Source of the DNA: Actinomycetes bacterium
GTDB lineage: Bacteria; Actinomycetota; Thermoleophilia; Gaiellales; F1-60-MAGs149
Length of the DNA: 64,000 bases
NCBI GenBank assembly: GCA_025360225.1
Contig: JANYCN010000077.1
Coordinates: forward strand, 12,232-76,231
Reading direction: 5' to 3'
How positions within the stretch are numbered: the stretch's first letter is position 1; each line of letters starts with the position of its first letter. A model generated the notes under the pieces. That model made no database searches and had not been told where the DNA came from. It worked only from the letters and a program-made list of their open reading frames with translations. The translations under genes were made by a program, and so were the position numbers. Below, one piece after another: positions 21,301-28,600 of the stretch.

Positions 21301-22407
21301 AACGTCTCGACGCACGAGGGCGGAGGCATCGCGATCGACGACACGACGAACGTCGCGATCACCGGAAACACGATCGTCAAGAACATCACGACGGCGACCG
21401 CGATGACCTCCGACGGCGCTGCGGCTCCCGCAGGCGTCTCGGAGGGAGCGAACTCGAACCAGCTGCAGGACTGGTACGCGGCAAACCACCCGGGAACGAC
21501 GCTGCCGAAGTGGACGCCGGCGATCCTGACCAATAACGTCCTCTGGGACAACCGCGCCGGGACATACCGGAACGGCAACATCCTTGGCATCGGCGGGGCC
21601 GATGACCAGATGCCGATCAGCCACTGGGACGTCGGCTCCACCGATCCGCTCGCGACGCTCGCCGGTGGGTTCCTGTCCGGCAGCAGCTCGCTCGTTGCCA
21701 ACCTCCTCCAGGACGTCACCGGGCACGGCGACCTGAGCTACGGCGCATCGTCGGTCGACGTCTCCGGTCTCGACAACAACGGCGCGCTCGCGGGTGTCGG
21801 GAAGCTGTTCTCCGCCACCTACGACACCAGCGTCCTAACGACGCCGATGCGGGCCAACGCCCACTTCGTCTCGAACACGATCGTCGCGCTTGACTTCCCG
21901 CCGACCCGGATGGGCAACTACAAGCAGCCTGCGGGCGGCGGTCTCGAGCGGCTCGCTGGCGCGCTCCTCGGCTCGAGCCAGGCACCGGCGAGCGCCTGGG
22001 ACATCGACCACGACCCACGCTACAGCGACGTCGGCTACGACGTCGGCGCCGACCAGTACCTGGCTTCCACCGCGCCACGTATCGCTCCGCTCATGCGGCG
22101 AAGCGTGCTCTCGGTTCGGGCGACGATCACGCCGTCGGCCGTGGCGACACCCGGCACGAGCCTGGTCGGCGGGCTTGCCGCCGACCGGATCGTCGGATCC
22201 TGCGCCGGTTGCACCGCGGTCCTGCAGATCCGGCACGGGACGACGCTGCGCGCCATCCGTCTCCGCACCGTTCCCGGCGGCTTCGCCGGGTCCGTCCGGC
22301 TCGCCGCGGGCACGTACCGCTACCGCGTCGTCATCCACAACAGCAGGGCCCACCGGACGCACGTGTCCGCGTGGATCCAGATCACGAACCCGAAGGGGGC
22401 GCGATGA
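12313..22407 (+). CDS. giant (3364 aa) secreted multidomain surface protein
   Basis: Uninterrupted ORF with a Sec signal (MSALGTARRSLLLSVVLGLLLAVPVWA). Contains CnaB/SdrD-B-like segments, a PPLPLPPPPPPP linker, about 11 Thr/Gly/Ala-rich modules, an IPT/TIG-like domain and parallel beta-helix repeats. No LPXTG motif or C-terminal TM segment seen. Confidence 0.9.
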   Translation: MSALGTARRSLLLSVVLGLLLAVPVWADQVKIDMREGRTVWDPAQQSVLVHDFDTLAEGIGNTRWDGTYYWTILHDVTSDPYDSTRHCSPAAALLASQGINVDHMTPAQAQGTGVTDAQRGALAEAYAAYPGSCNWPSIHTIAPGATPFAAILDPTQLDPTSTAQYVTNSGTQDDLNATKSVANLPDGKYMIASWATNKSGNASYEVGGGYFWIACDPATAVATGCDTTAPAPVDVAPPRVTYAGNGDTSGGTTLAFTDPAFPDPSVPGKSPVGMVVLVTGDPKYADSMYLVVGATKVATGRVVITLGGTTTGTPYATRFPSDLAVPTNVSFELRSAPANYKDMMNVQVFQELNPLPTATYRVDVFNDTSKVNGEYDRQTEIGLNGFKAILTDITGNAVTINYYGDQICTEYEPIYVLAHPTRAWDAVTNPVVVQMDANHQSVYQLYDAAKNRLYRTFSVAEDSTNRFVADALGNPKPDLDTTGQPFFLPAQVSVGAWQDSGTKPRPITGSGGLCLSHDVPVNSETGAPLPEIETRGHIVIRDLEPGRYSTLVTPTTQVDGVNGSLPFHPTWSQTTTLEGAHDWDQWLVAGDTGYDHEFVNGTEKVTPVTSGWVEQTGDLPGLDHQFTASSAAGATPFPGVDAIGQPIAVNGSTTTVKNVVGANVSLADGVGRSSGSWTVSWPVNYSTSGTVAIATTAGNPGLVALDGIPAYAVGAKLHLGSQTFTIATVSGDALTIVPPLPLPPPPPPPGATGFPATIPAGTPFTIDGYLPTSGQIVPTPALGEIHGTVSDNFSYTQDPVNANYLGFGDGAQTAVRSESKLEVSLVDLNNGDTMVYQRSFFVEDPANALKAGEYDIPNVPAGDYEISFWDFAQNELLFSRNVTVSPGETGSTKRVELDNTPLVGWWTEISGYVFDDRNGNGKQDYTDTNHNGHWDVGEPGEPGISNFFLSVRARENTLFEQGANTATTDQNGHYVLRAAYPVGQWVVLEAYMDGYKTTGITEQAPNEPHATTMLGGAVDVNVLPFFSQGLTVDWGKQSYATGENGGIVGTVSYGTTRNETDPALAVFEDWQPGIPNIWTHLFRPQLDPTTGKPVLDNSATQTGCDVCRGDGSVLVVDTGGKVVNQHDVVSTVALDDGNTYDVDSLGYIIDAGPSYRSETWQRPVACGPVNAADPAGKPLAIGSTYSADGKKISYPWMPDFAQYLLGTGANATLDNQKGCVEGPAAATKIGLVDPTATDSPWGATVNGNYALGDVWDPLRLPGINPAAASATPATLGRLPQGTYLVKVDLPRDRSGKPILEVTKEEDVNVYTGDHFTTPSAIHYDCGGEKHIVDVAGGGGPYTGDARIGRGATYNGAVDNPGLLSLHGSPYQGMAKPVCDSRIVKVTDGRSVAPGFELFTKVPLPGVHFGVMMDDLNVNVDPVHSFYGDQSTIPHLPVSWYDFAGRLVRQTVTDPNGFYEVMLPSTNRISNPSPSGVSAQAYTIAANDPGSVNAAVGPTIANPRPTKPNPDFNRAYRTITGAFQLYPGVSYVTDLALWGANVAIDAPGTQTIKPAQCMLDLATPQLFATDRVWANASTGGTFTLSGEGFGNTPGSLRLVNEDAVSAGRTGSVTSYGSRGTVNSTSGGNLDSNVAYALGGTIVQSGLAGTSRAGTIGTTTSIPVTATVLSGAADSIGVAAAGLTGRTSVGAIVGAGVTRTVTVSGASLTASGLIGGRIVIGAVTGNVTANTTTTINFNGATGTNPAAGTAITVSAYNANNGVVLLYGSPTPTAIVSGMYLAGGGVTGVVASTSSISATTASSITLRAANPPRTTGEVDIPFSALVGGYNANTTGGGGGATVRTIYWTNGLAANSLAGTRVAGGGIAGTVSANTTSTITLAAGATGVSNATAFSFSLGGYNASTRTLYTTNSVAGVAPGMYLDGGTVTGAVVSTTTGGTFNSVTLGTTNPAPTGASTDPGLAATVGGYNASTRTLFTTGLTAGALTGLALSANGGAINGTVSANTPTTITLTAPTTGFSTAAAVGFSASSFNGQVVAVPANTLVAGSLVGATLVINSTSGIIASNTASSITLTANVGAATTNAVSFSVANVLVAAINTNGLAGQWVITGTTPTAFEGRILNANATAGPQRWMVIDPTSVIGTLPTAGTVFGLFNPVLPAFTPAGLAGRTLANGAVTVDLSTFTATVLTNTSTTVNLASVGTQVPPMPGLALHVRGDLTVAMNNSPFAAGTLAGLVLRRTDNSTIGTILSNTASSVVLASASLIGAIPGTGSTVYADNGVITVAGPPLVAGTLVGSLTITSGADTGFTATILGNTTSTITIDLATASPTTLPTLRPSVGDTFSVTGGQTISATATNVVWSDTSISFTIAAGVRPGPYQLYVVSANGQQTVNGVTLHLIGGVGSGYFIAPNRILEVGPGRQFDPTLAQVTGTLAGPPGAPSANGDVTVPLAESVVGDLTGLTFRVTDGAALDYTGTIRSNTATSVTLRGDALVSANPDIVPASVPAPGDTYSIRRGRGIQDAINTAAGIPSVTPEGNLGALDNSPALVVVYPGQPDMVYDPAGQSQSNVNPRGVYFENVVVPTDIKIQGVGPGGVRAAGDAVPGTVVDGSQFVIKDGGRYAVDWYNLALYAQASNGNSSPIADGSTIYELPGHTDLSPVNGAAASALGWPRTRTAGGGFATDVYTNATNAPGVVQVSGGTATTAGLGTAPLALVTDPLTVPASGTITVRYRTGGGVFGRASLFVHQFGASFKAGVDGLSIEGGDMLEFPTNLNGNGGGPLPRRVLSVGQPVTQGGGIFADMYASFLQLKNNMITGNSGSYGGAIRLGTPNVQNPSHAVGGAFTDDLSNENNDVRIANNQVNANGGGRLAGAIGIFNGADRFELARNEICGNYSAEYGAGIGVFGHSPSGVIHYNRVYFNQSLDEGAGIFIAGQLATPRPLSNQPVNGQLATVPGWSQGTGPETIDANVVQSNLANDDGGGIRFLMAGSDPQTVTNNIIANNVSTHEGGGIAIDDTTNVAITGNTIVKNITTATAMTSDGAAAPAGVSEGANSNQLQDWYAANHPGTTLPKWTPAILTNNVLWDNRAGTYRNGNILGIGGADDQMPISHWDVGSTDPLATLAGGFLSGSSSLVANLLQDVTGHGDLSYGASSVDVSGLDNNGALAGVGKLFSATYDTSVLTTPMRANAHFVSNTIVALDFPPTRMGNYKQPAGGGLERLAGALLGSSQAPASAWDIDHDPRYSDVGYDVGADQYLASTAPRIAPLMRRSVLSVRATITPSAVATPGTSLVGGLAADRIVGSCAGCTAVLQIRHGTTLRAIRLRTVPGGFAGSVRLAAGTYRYRVVIHNSRAHRTHVSAWIQITNPKGAR
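15040..15300 (+). other. SdrD-B/CnaB-like calcium-binding fold inside the giant protein
   Basis: ISGYVFDDRNGNGKQDYTDTNHNGHWDVGEPGEPGISNFFLSV...TTDQNGHYVL matches the familiar 'G.V..D.N.NG..D..E.G' SdrD B-repeat pattern. Confidence 0.6.
17446..19773 (+). repeat. protein-level array of about 11 degenerate modules within the giant protein
   Basis: Recurrent pattern L-x-G-x-x-[LVF]...G-x-[IV]-x-[SAG]-N-T-x-[ST]-[ST]-[IV]-[TV]-[LI], e.g. GTVSANTTSTITL, GTVSANTPTTITL, GIIASNTASSITL, GTILSNTASSVVL, ATILGNTTSTITI, GTIRSNTATSVTL. GGYNA(S/N)T sub-repeats are interleaved. Confidence 0.7.
19318..19503 (+). other. IPT/TIG-like Ig fold inside the giant protein
   Basis: GDTFSVTGGQTISATATNVVWSDTSISFTIAAGVRPGPYQLYVVSANGQQTVNGVTLHLIGG has the IPT/TIG beta-sandwich pattern. 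Confidence 0.5.
20681..21560 (+). other. right-handed parallel beta-helix (pectate-lyase-like) repeat region of the giant protein
   Basis: Successive turns: NNMITGNSGSYGGAIRL, NNQVNANGGGRLAGAIGIF, NEICGNYSAEYGAGIGVF, NVVQSNLANDDGGGIRF, NNIIANNVSTHEGGGIAID, TGNTIVKN, TNNVLWDN. Confidence 0.7.
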
Positions 22408-24104
22408 CCGATGCCTCGCACGTGCGGCTCAGCCGCCGGCGCCTACTCGAGCTCGGCGGTGGAGCGACCGCCGGCGCGCTCGGCGCTGGAGTCCTCGCCG
22501 AGCTCCTCCGATCGCCCGGGACGGCTCGGGCGGGCGGGCTCGGCGGCGCCTCCGGCCCGGTCCTGTCGGTCGACCAGAGGACGATCGTCCGACGCTCGCT
22601 CGCCGGCACCGATGGCTGGATCTACCTCGGCGGACCGCCCCAGCAGACGGAAGCTGGTAAGGCGTTCTTCCCGGACGACATGGCGCCGGCGCCGCAGAAC
22701 GTCTACGTCTACGGCTTTCGCGACGTCACGTCAGCCCACCTCCAGTGGAACAACCTGCAGAGCGACGGCATGCCGGCCGGGATGGACGACGCCCACAGGA
22801 CGGCCGGCCACGACGCCCTCTACGGGTTGAAGGGTCAGACGCAGAACTCGTCGGTGATCCTCTTCTTCGACGAGGGCGACCAGGTCGAGATCACGCTCTA
22901 CAACCTTGGCTGGCAGCAGCGACCGGACATCCCCGACGGCCACACGATCCACTGGCACGGTTTCCGGGACGCGATCCCCTGGTACGACGGTGTCCCGGAG
23001 ATGTCCGGCGCGGCCCCGATCAACAAGACCTTCACCTACTTCTACGACTGCCAGATCCCCGGAACCTACATGTACCACTGCCACTGGGAGGACGTCGAGC
23101 ACATCCAGATGGGCATGACCGGCGCGATCTGGATCCGCCCGAAGCAGAACCTCGGCGTCGGCTCGATCCCGCCAGGCAAGTACGTCTACAACGACGGCAA
23201 CGGGTCGACAGCCTACGACCGCGAGTACGCCTGGATGCTGATGGACTACGACCTCGAGAAGCACCAGATGATCTCGCACATCCAGCAGCCGGACTGGCAC
23301 CTCTACCAGGCCAGCGGATGGATGATCAACGGCCGTTCCTACCCTGACACGATCGAGCCGCAGGGCGTCGCCGGCATCGGCACACCGAGCGGGGACGCCA
23401 TCGCGACGGGCGTCGTCATCGACTTGCCGACCGTGACGGATGGCGCGTTCTCGATCGCCACGAGCAGCAGCGACTCCACGACGGACGTCAGCGGGCAGCT
23501 TGCCTGGGTCACGAAGGGCACGGGCGCCGGCCAGGTGATGTCGATCACGTCGGGCACGCCGAGCTCGTTCATCGTCGACAAGCTCCCCTACCAGACGCTC
23601 GTGACGGCGAAACAGACGCGCCCCGACGACGTCGCGAAGGACGCGCCGATCCTTAAGGTGGGCGACACGATCGAGTTCCACCGGCCCGGCGCGAACCTCG
23701 TCTACCAACCAAACAGCGCGCTCGTGGCGGGTAATGCCGGGGACCGGGTGCTCGTTCGCATCGCGTGTCTTGGCTACCAGGACCACTCGATGACGATCGA
23801 TGGGTTGCCGTTCCGGGTCGTCGGCCGCGACGGCGACTGGCTCGCCGACAACGAGTACCGCACCGACGTGATCGACTGTGCCCCGGGCGAGAGCTACGAC
23901 GCGATCATCACGTTGCCGGCGCACAGCGGCGGCACGGGTCCGGACGTGTACATGTTCTACGACCGCGACCTGCCGTACTACAACAACGACGACGGCACGA
24001 GCGCCAACGGGTTCAATGGCATGGCGACCGAGGTACGCGTCTTCGCGGCGGGGTCGCTGCCCTCCCAACACATCGACCTCGCCAACAGCTGGGTGAAGGG
24101 GTAA
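22404..24104 (+). CDS. Tat-exported multicopper oxidase (MCO-A) with type-1 site and two HxH pairs in the first cupredoxin domain
   Basis: ATG 22404 forms an ATGA overlap with the giant-gene stop; SD GAAGGGGG lies upstream. Twin-arginine signal SRRRLLELGGGATAGALGAG. HTIHWHG (22941-22961) and YHCHWEDVEHIQMGM (23073-23117). The C-terminal cupredoxin-like domain (VRIACLGYQDHSMTIDG...) has no HxH. Confidence 0.85.
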   Translation: MTDASHVRLSRRRLLELGGGATAGALGAGVLAELLRSPGTARAGGLGGASGPVLSVDQRTIVRRSLAGTDGWIYLGGPPQQTEAGKAFFPDDMAPAPQNVYVYGFRDVTSAHLQWNNLQSDGMPAGMDDAHRTAGHDALYGLKGQTQNSSVILFFDEGDQVEITLYNLGWQQRPDIPDGHTIHWHGFRDAIPWYDGVPEMSGAAPINKTFTYFYDCQIPGTYMYHCHWEDVEHIQMGMTGAIWIRPKQNLGVGSIPPGKYVYNDGNGSTAYDREYAWMLMDYDLEKHQMISHIQQPDWHLYQASGWMINGRSYPDTIEPQGVAGIGTPSGDAIATGVVIDLPTVTDGAFSIATSSSDSTTDVSGQLAWVTKGTGAGQVMSITSGTPSSFIVDKLPYQTLVTAKQTRPDDVAKDAPILKVGDTIEFHRPGANLVYQPNSALVAGNAGDRVLVRIACLGYQDHSMTIDGLPFRVVGRDGDWLADNEYRTDVIDCAPGESYDAIITLPAHSGGTGPDVYMFYDRDLPYYNNDDGTSANGFNGMATEVRVFAAGSLPSQHIDLANSWVKG

Positions 24105-24108
24105 CGAC

Positions 24109-25605
24109 GTGGACGCAACCACCTCTACCACCGCGCTGCGACTCCGGCTCGCCGCCCGCCCGATCCTCGCTGTCCCTGCAGCTGCCGTGCTTGTCGCCGG
24201 GGCGCTCGGCATGATGACGACCACGGCCCGTTCGATCACCCCGGTTGTCGCCCGCGACGGCATCATTGACATGTGCGACAACGGCACGCCGGCGACCGGC
24301 AACCAGCGTGTGTTCGTGCTCACGGCTCGGGATGGCGCCATCCACACCGCGGACGGCAACTCCGTGCCGATGTGGGGATTCGCCCCTGACAACGGCGCAT
24401 ACCAGTATCCGTCACCGTTCCTCTGCGCCAAGCTCGGCGAGCGGGTCAGCGTGATCTTGCACAACGCAATCACCCCGGTTCCCGTCGCGGGCACCGCGAC
24501 CGTGACGCCCGTACGAACCTCGATCATGTTCCCGGGACAGACCGGTGTCCTCGCGAGGGGCGTGTCTGCGCAGCCTGAGCTGGACGGTTCCGGGAACCTC
24601 CGGTCGCTCGTCCCGTCGATCACGAGCGGCGACTCGATCACCTACTCGTTCGTTGCGGAAAGGGCCGGATCGTTCCTCTACCAGAGCGGCACCAACGCCG
24701 CCGTCCAGGAGCAGATGGGCCTCTTCGGTGGCCTCATCGTCCGTCCAACCGGCGGACAGACCACGGCGAGCGCGACCCTCTACGACGACGCGTTGGTCAA
24801 CAGTACGGCGAACCCGAACGCGACCGATCGCTACGACCCGCAGCGAGAGTTCGTGCAGATGCTCTCCGACGTCGACGTGACGGTGCACAACAACGTCGTC
24901 GACGGCATCACCATTGACATGGCGACCCTCCGGCCTGAGTACTTCTTCATCAACGGTCGGTCGATGCCCGACACGGTCGCCCCGAACCATGCGTCGTGGT
25001 TGCCGGCACAGCCCTACAGCGCGCTCGTCCACGTGTTGCCATACGTGGCGAACGGGCCGGCGGACGGTGCGCAGATCACCGTCGGCGGCTCGACCTTCAC
25101 CTGCAAGGGGCGCTGCTATGACCCGTTGCCCGCGGCGATTCGCTACTTCAACGCCCGGGAGAAGACCTCGCCGTTCCACCCGCACGCGGCGGACACGCTG
25201 GTGCAGGGCTTCGATGGCAACCAGCTCGTCTCGCCGTCGGGCACGAACCTCTCGATCAACCACTACGTCGTCAACCTCGCGGCAGGACAGACTGCCGACG
25301 CGACGTGGCTCTGGCGTGACCAGCACGCATGGAGCCCGATCGCAACCCACCAGGGTCCGGTGCCGGTGCATGACTTCCGCGACACGCGCTACACGGGCGG
25401 CGGGAGCTGGTACGGCGGCACGCCGTATCTTGGCTACACCGATGACCTGCAGGACGGCGTCACGTCGTTCAACGAGTGCGGCGAGTACTACCACGTGGCG
25501 CACAGCCATTCGGTGAACGAGGCGACGACCTACGGCGCGGCGATGGGCGGCATGCTCACCCTTTACCGTATCGATCCCCCCGGCATGTGGAACTGCGGGC
25601 ACTGA
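24109..25605 (+). CDS. multicopper-oxidase-like protein (MCO-B); N-domain ligands lost, C-domain HxH pairs kept, type-1 Cys replaced by Ser
   Basis: GTG 24109 lies 4 nt after the MCO-A stop, with SD GAAGGGG. Hydrophobic N-terminal anchor. SIMFPG and FLYQSG sit where HxHG and YHSH are expected. FHPH (25174-25185) and HVAHSH (25492-25509) are retained. Confidence 0.8.
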   Translation: MDATTSTTALRLRLAARPILAVPAAAVLVAGALGMMTTTARSITPVVARDGIIDMCDNGTPATGNQRVFVLTARDGAIHTADGNSVPMWGFAPDNGAYQYPSPFLCAKLGERVSVILHNAITPVPVAGTATVTPVRTSIMFPGQTGVLARGVSAQPELDGSGNLRSLVPSITSGDSITYSFVAERAGSFLYQSGTNAAVQEQMGLFGGLIVRPTGGQTTASATLYDDALVNSTANPNATDRYDPQREFVQMLSDVDVTVHNNVVDGITIDMATLRPEYFFINGRSMPDTVAPNHASWLPAQPYSALVHVLPYVANGPADGAQITVGGSTFTCKGRCYDPLPAAIRYFNAREKTSPFHPHAADTLVQGFDGNQLVSPSGTNLSINHYVVNLAAGQTADATWLWRDQHAWSPIATHQGPVPVHDFRDTRYTGGGSWYGGTPYLGYTDDLQDGVTSFNECGEYYHVAHSHSVNEATTYGAAMGGMLTLYRIDPPGMWNCGH

Positions 25606-25606
25606 G

Positions 25607-28600
25607 ATGCCTCATCACCGGACACCAGGAGAACGTGCCGTGATCATCCGCCGTCGTGCGTGCACGCTTGCCCTCTCACTGCTCGCCGTGACGACGCCGG
25701 GAGCCTTGGCTGCGGGCATCGGGAAGCTCGACCCTACCGGCAGCGGCTGCGTCCGCTCAGGGACGCACCTGACCTGTGACCTCTGGGTCGAGCCGGCAAC
25801 CATGGTGGTTCCCGCCGGGTTCCGTGCCAGCATTCCGGGCTCCGCGACCGACTCGTCGACCACGCTCGGGAGGCTCGCCGCCCTCGGCTACAATCTGCCG
25901 ACCTGGGTCTACGCCGCCGGCGCAAGCGAGCCGACGGGGCCCTTCACGGGCACGGGCGGCCCCACGATCGTCGCCAGCGAAGGTGACGCGGTGACGGTGA
26001 ACCTTCACAACACCCACCTGCTAGTTCCCCTGTCGCTGACCTTCCCACAGATCGTCGGCGTGCGTCATGACGGTCGTGCAGGCTCCGATCGCCTGGGCGT
26101 CGCGGGCGCGACAGTCACGACCTACACCTTCACTGCCTCGAGCCCCGGAACCTTCCTGTACCAGGCGGGGCCGACCGTGGCCGGCAAGCGCGCGATCGCG
26201 ATGGGGCTCTCAGGGGCGCTCGTCGTGGAGGGGAACACGGGCGCATATGACCTGCCTTCCGGGGCGTTCACGGACGAGGCCGTCGTCCTCCTCCAGGAGC
26301 TCGACCCGGCGCTGAACCTTTCGACCACGCCCTGGACGTTCGATCTGAGCCACTTCCAGGCGCACCTCTGGCTGCCGAACAACGCGCTCAGCGGCCGCTC
26401 GGGTGGCTCGAACACCGTGTCGGTCTCGGCGAACGCACCAACGCTCGTGCGCTACGTCAACGCGGGTCTGCAGGATCACTGGGTCTCGCTGCTCGGTTTG
26501 CCACAGCTTCGGATCGCCCAGGACGCGCAACCCCAGGTGAACCTAGGCCACGGGGTGGGTAACGCCAACTCAGACCAGTCGCTCAACGTGACGGTCGCCG
26601 CGCTCCCGGCCGGCACGACCGAGGACACGATCATCGCGATCCCCGGCACGACGCCGGACGGGTCGGCGTTCCCGCTCTACGACGACGGCAACGACGGCGG
26701 CACCTACGTAGCCACCGACGCCGCCGCCGTACGTGGGCCAGGGGTGTTCCAGAACCTCGTGGTCGCGACCGGAACCGGCACCGGTTCGATCGCGGCGTGC
26801 GGGATCACCGGCAGCGCCCCGCTCGCGACCGTGACTGGCCTCACTCCGCTCACACAGACGGTCGGTGGCGCGTCGCTCGCTGACGCATCGATCGCCGGCA
26901 CGGCCGTGGTCTGCGGTTCCGGGAGCCCCGCCTCGGCCGTCGAGTACTTCCTGGACGACATGGGAGCTCCCGGTACCGGCACGCCAGTGACGATGACTGG
27001 TGGTACGTTCACGACGACGATCTCGACCGCGACGCTCCTCGCGATCGACTCGAGTACCACCCCGGCGAGACGCGCCCTGCCCCACCGGGTGTGGTTCAGG
27101 GCGAACAACGGCAGCGCGTGGGGTGAGCTAAGCTCCGCGGAGATCGTCCTTGACACGGTCGGGCCTGACGTGAAACGCATCTCTACCGACCCGACGATCT
27201 CGAACGGCACGACGAGCGTGCACGTCTGGGTCTCCGGCGATGAGACGACGACCGGCAACACCGTCGTGACAGGCTTCGCCTGGTCGATCGCCGGTGCCAC
27301 GGATGCGGCGTGCGCGAGCACGGTGGGGATCCCGACGATCAATCAGGCCCCCGAGGTTGACCTCCAATTCGACATCCCGGTGGCGTGCACGTCGACGCTC
27401 GGCGAGGGGAACCACCTCCTCTCGATCGTCGCCACCGATCACTACGGCAACGCCACGGCGGCGGGTGGCATGAATGACCCGAACACCTACACGGTCGCGA
27501 TCGACACGACACCGCCTGCGCTCGTCCGGACCGCCGGCCTCGTTCGCGTCCCGGCCGGGCCGGACACGCCCGGCTCGCCCTACCCGGGCGACACGACCGC
27601 CGTTGCCGTCCAGGTCCTGCAGCGTCTCCCGTACGACGCCCAGAATCCGACCGGCGTGTTCGGAGGTCCGTTCACGAACTGGAACAACGGCACGCTCCCG
27701 TGGGAGCTGAACACCCACGAGCTCGGCGTGCGCGCCTCCGCGAGCGATCCCACCACGACCGGCGTGCGCTCGGGCGTCGCCGCGATGTACGGCTCGTTCG
27801 ACCCGGCGTTCTGCTCGACCGCCGATCCCGCCGGGGTTGGGGCACGCCTCGACGCGCAGGGCGGTCGCTTCCACGAGCCTGCGATCGGGTTCCAGTACAT
27901 CCCGCTCGCGCAGCTCGCGCAGTACACCAAGCTGTCCGCCGCCAGCAGCACGGACGCGACCTACCCGGGCGTCCGCGTCGCCTACTACGTGCGTGTCGTC
28001 GACACGGCCGGCAACTGGTCGGCGTGCCCGCATACCTACGACGTCGCGCTCGATGCTTCGGCGGGAACGCAACGTGACGAGATGGCAGCCGACCCCCTGA
28101 CCGGATCGCTGATCGTCGCCATCGGCGGCGACTTCGCAGTCGGCTCCCTGCAGCTGCCGAAGATCACAGCAGGTAACCGCGCAGTGTTCGCGAGCAGCCC
28201 GCGCCACACGACGATCAACGTCACGCTGCGTCTCGATGCCGCAACTCGCGGGGAGGGGAACGGCGTGACCGGTGCCGAGTGGTTCGACGGTCACGATCCG
28301 GGAGTCGGGAACGGTGTCCAGTTCTCTCTCGTCTCCGGGCAGTGGGGCGCCGTCACGGCCAACCTCGTCTCGACCGTCTCGACCGTTCGCTGGACACCTG
28401 GCGTGCACGTCATCGCGGCGCGCGTCCGCGACCGTGCAGGCAACTGGTCGGCGCTCACGACGGCCCGCTTCTCCGTCAGCCCGAGGGCGGTCTTCGCGGA
28501 CGGGTTCGAGTCGCGGCTCCGTCGTTGGGCCCACCGACAGGGAGTCGCGGTAACGTCCGCGGCAGCGCTCGTCGGGCGCCTCGGCCTGGCAGTGACGACC

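Noticed and set aside
22209-22403. Upstream extensions of track ORFs, here 22209 for MCO-A. Also 5067 for ribD, 28686 for the small protein, 32763 for PilZ, 36195 for coaD, 36754 for yceD, 38021 for plsX, 53417 for comM and 57915 for the HNH protein.
   Set aside because: The extensions overlap the preceding well-supported genes and translate to Arg/Pro-rich junk. Internal starts with SD-like sequences or start/stop overlaps fit the homologous N-termini.
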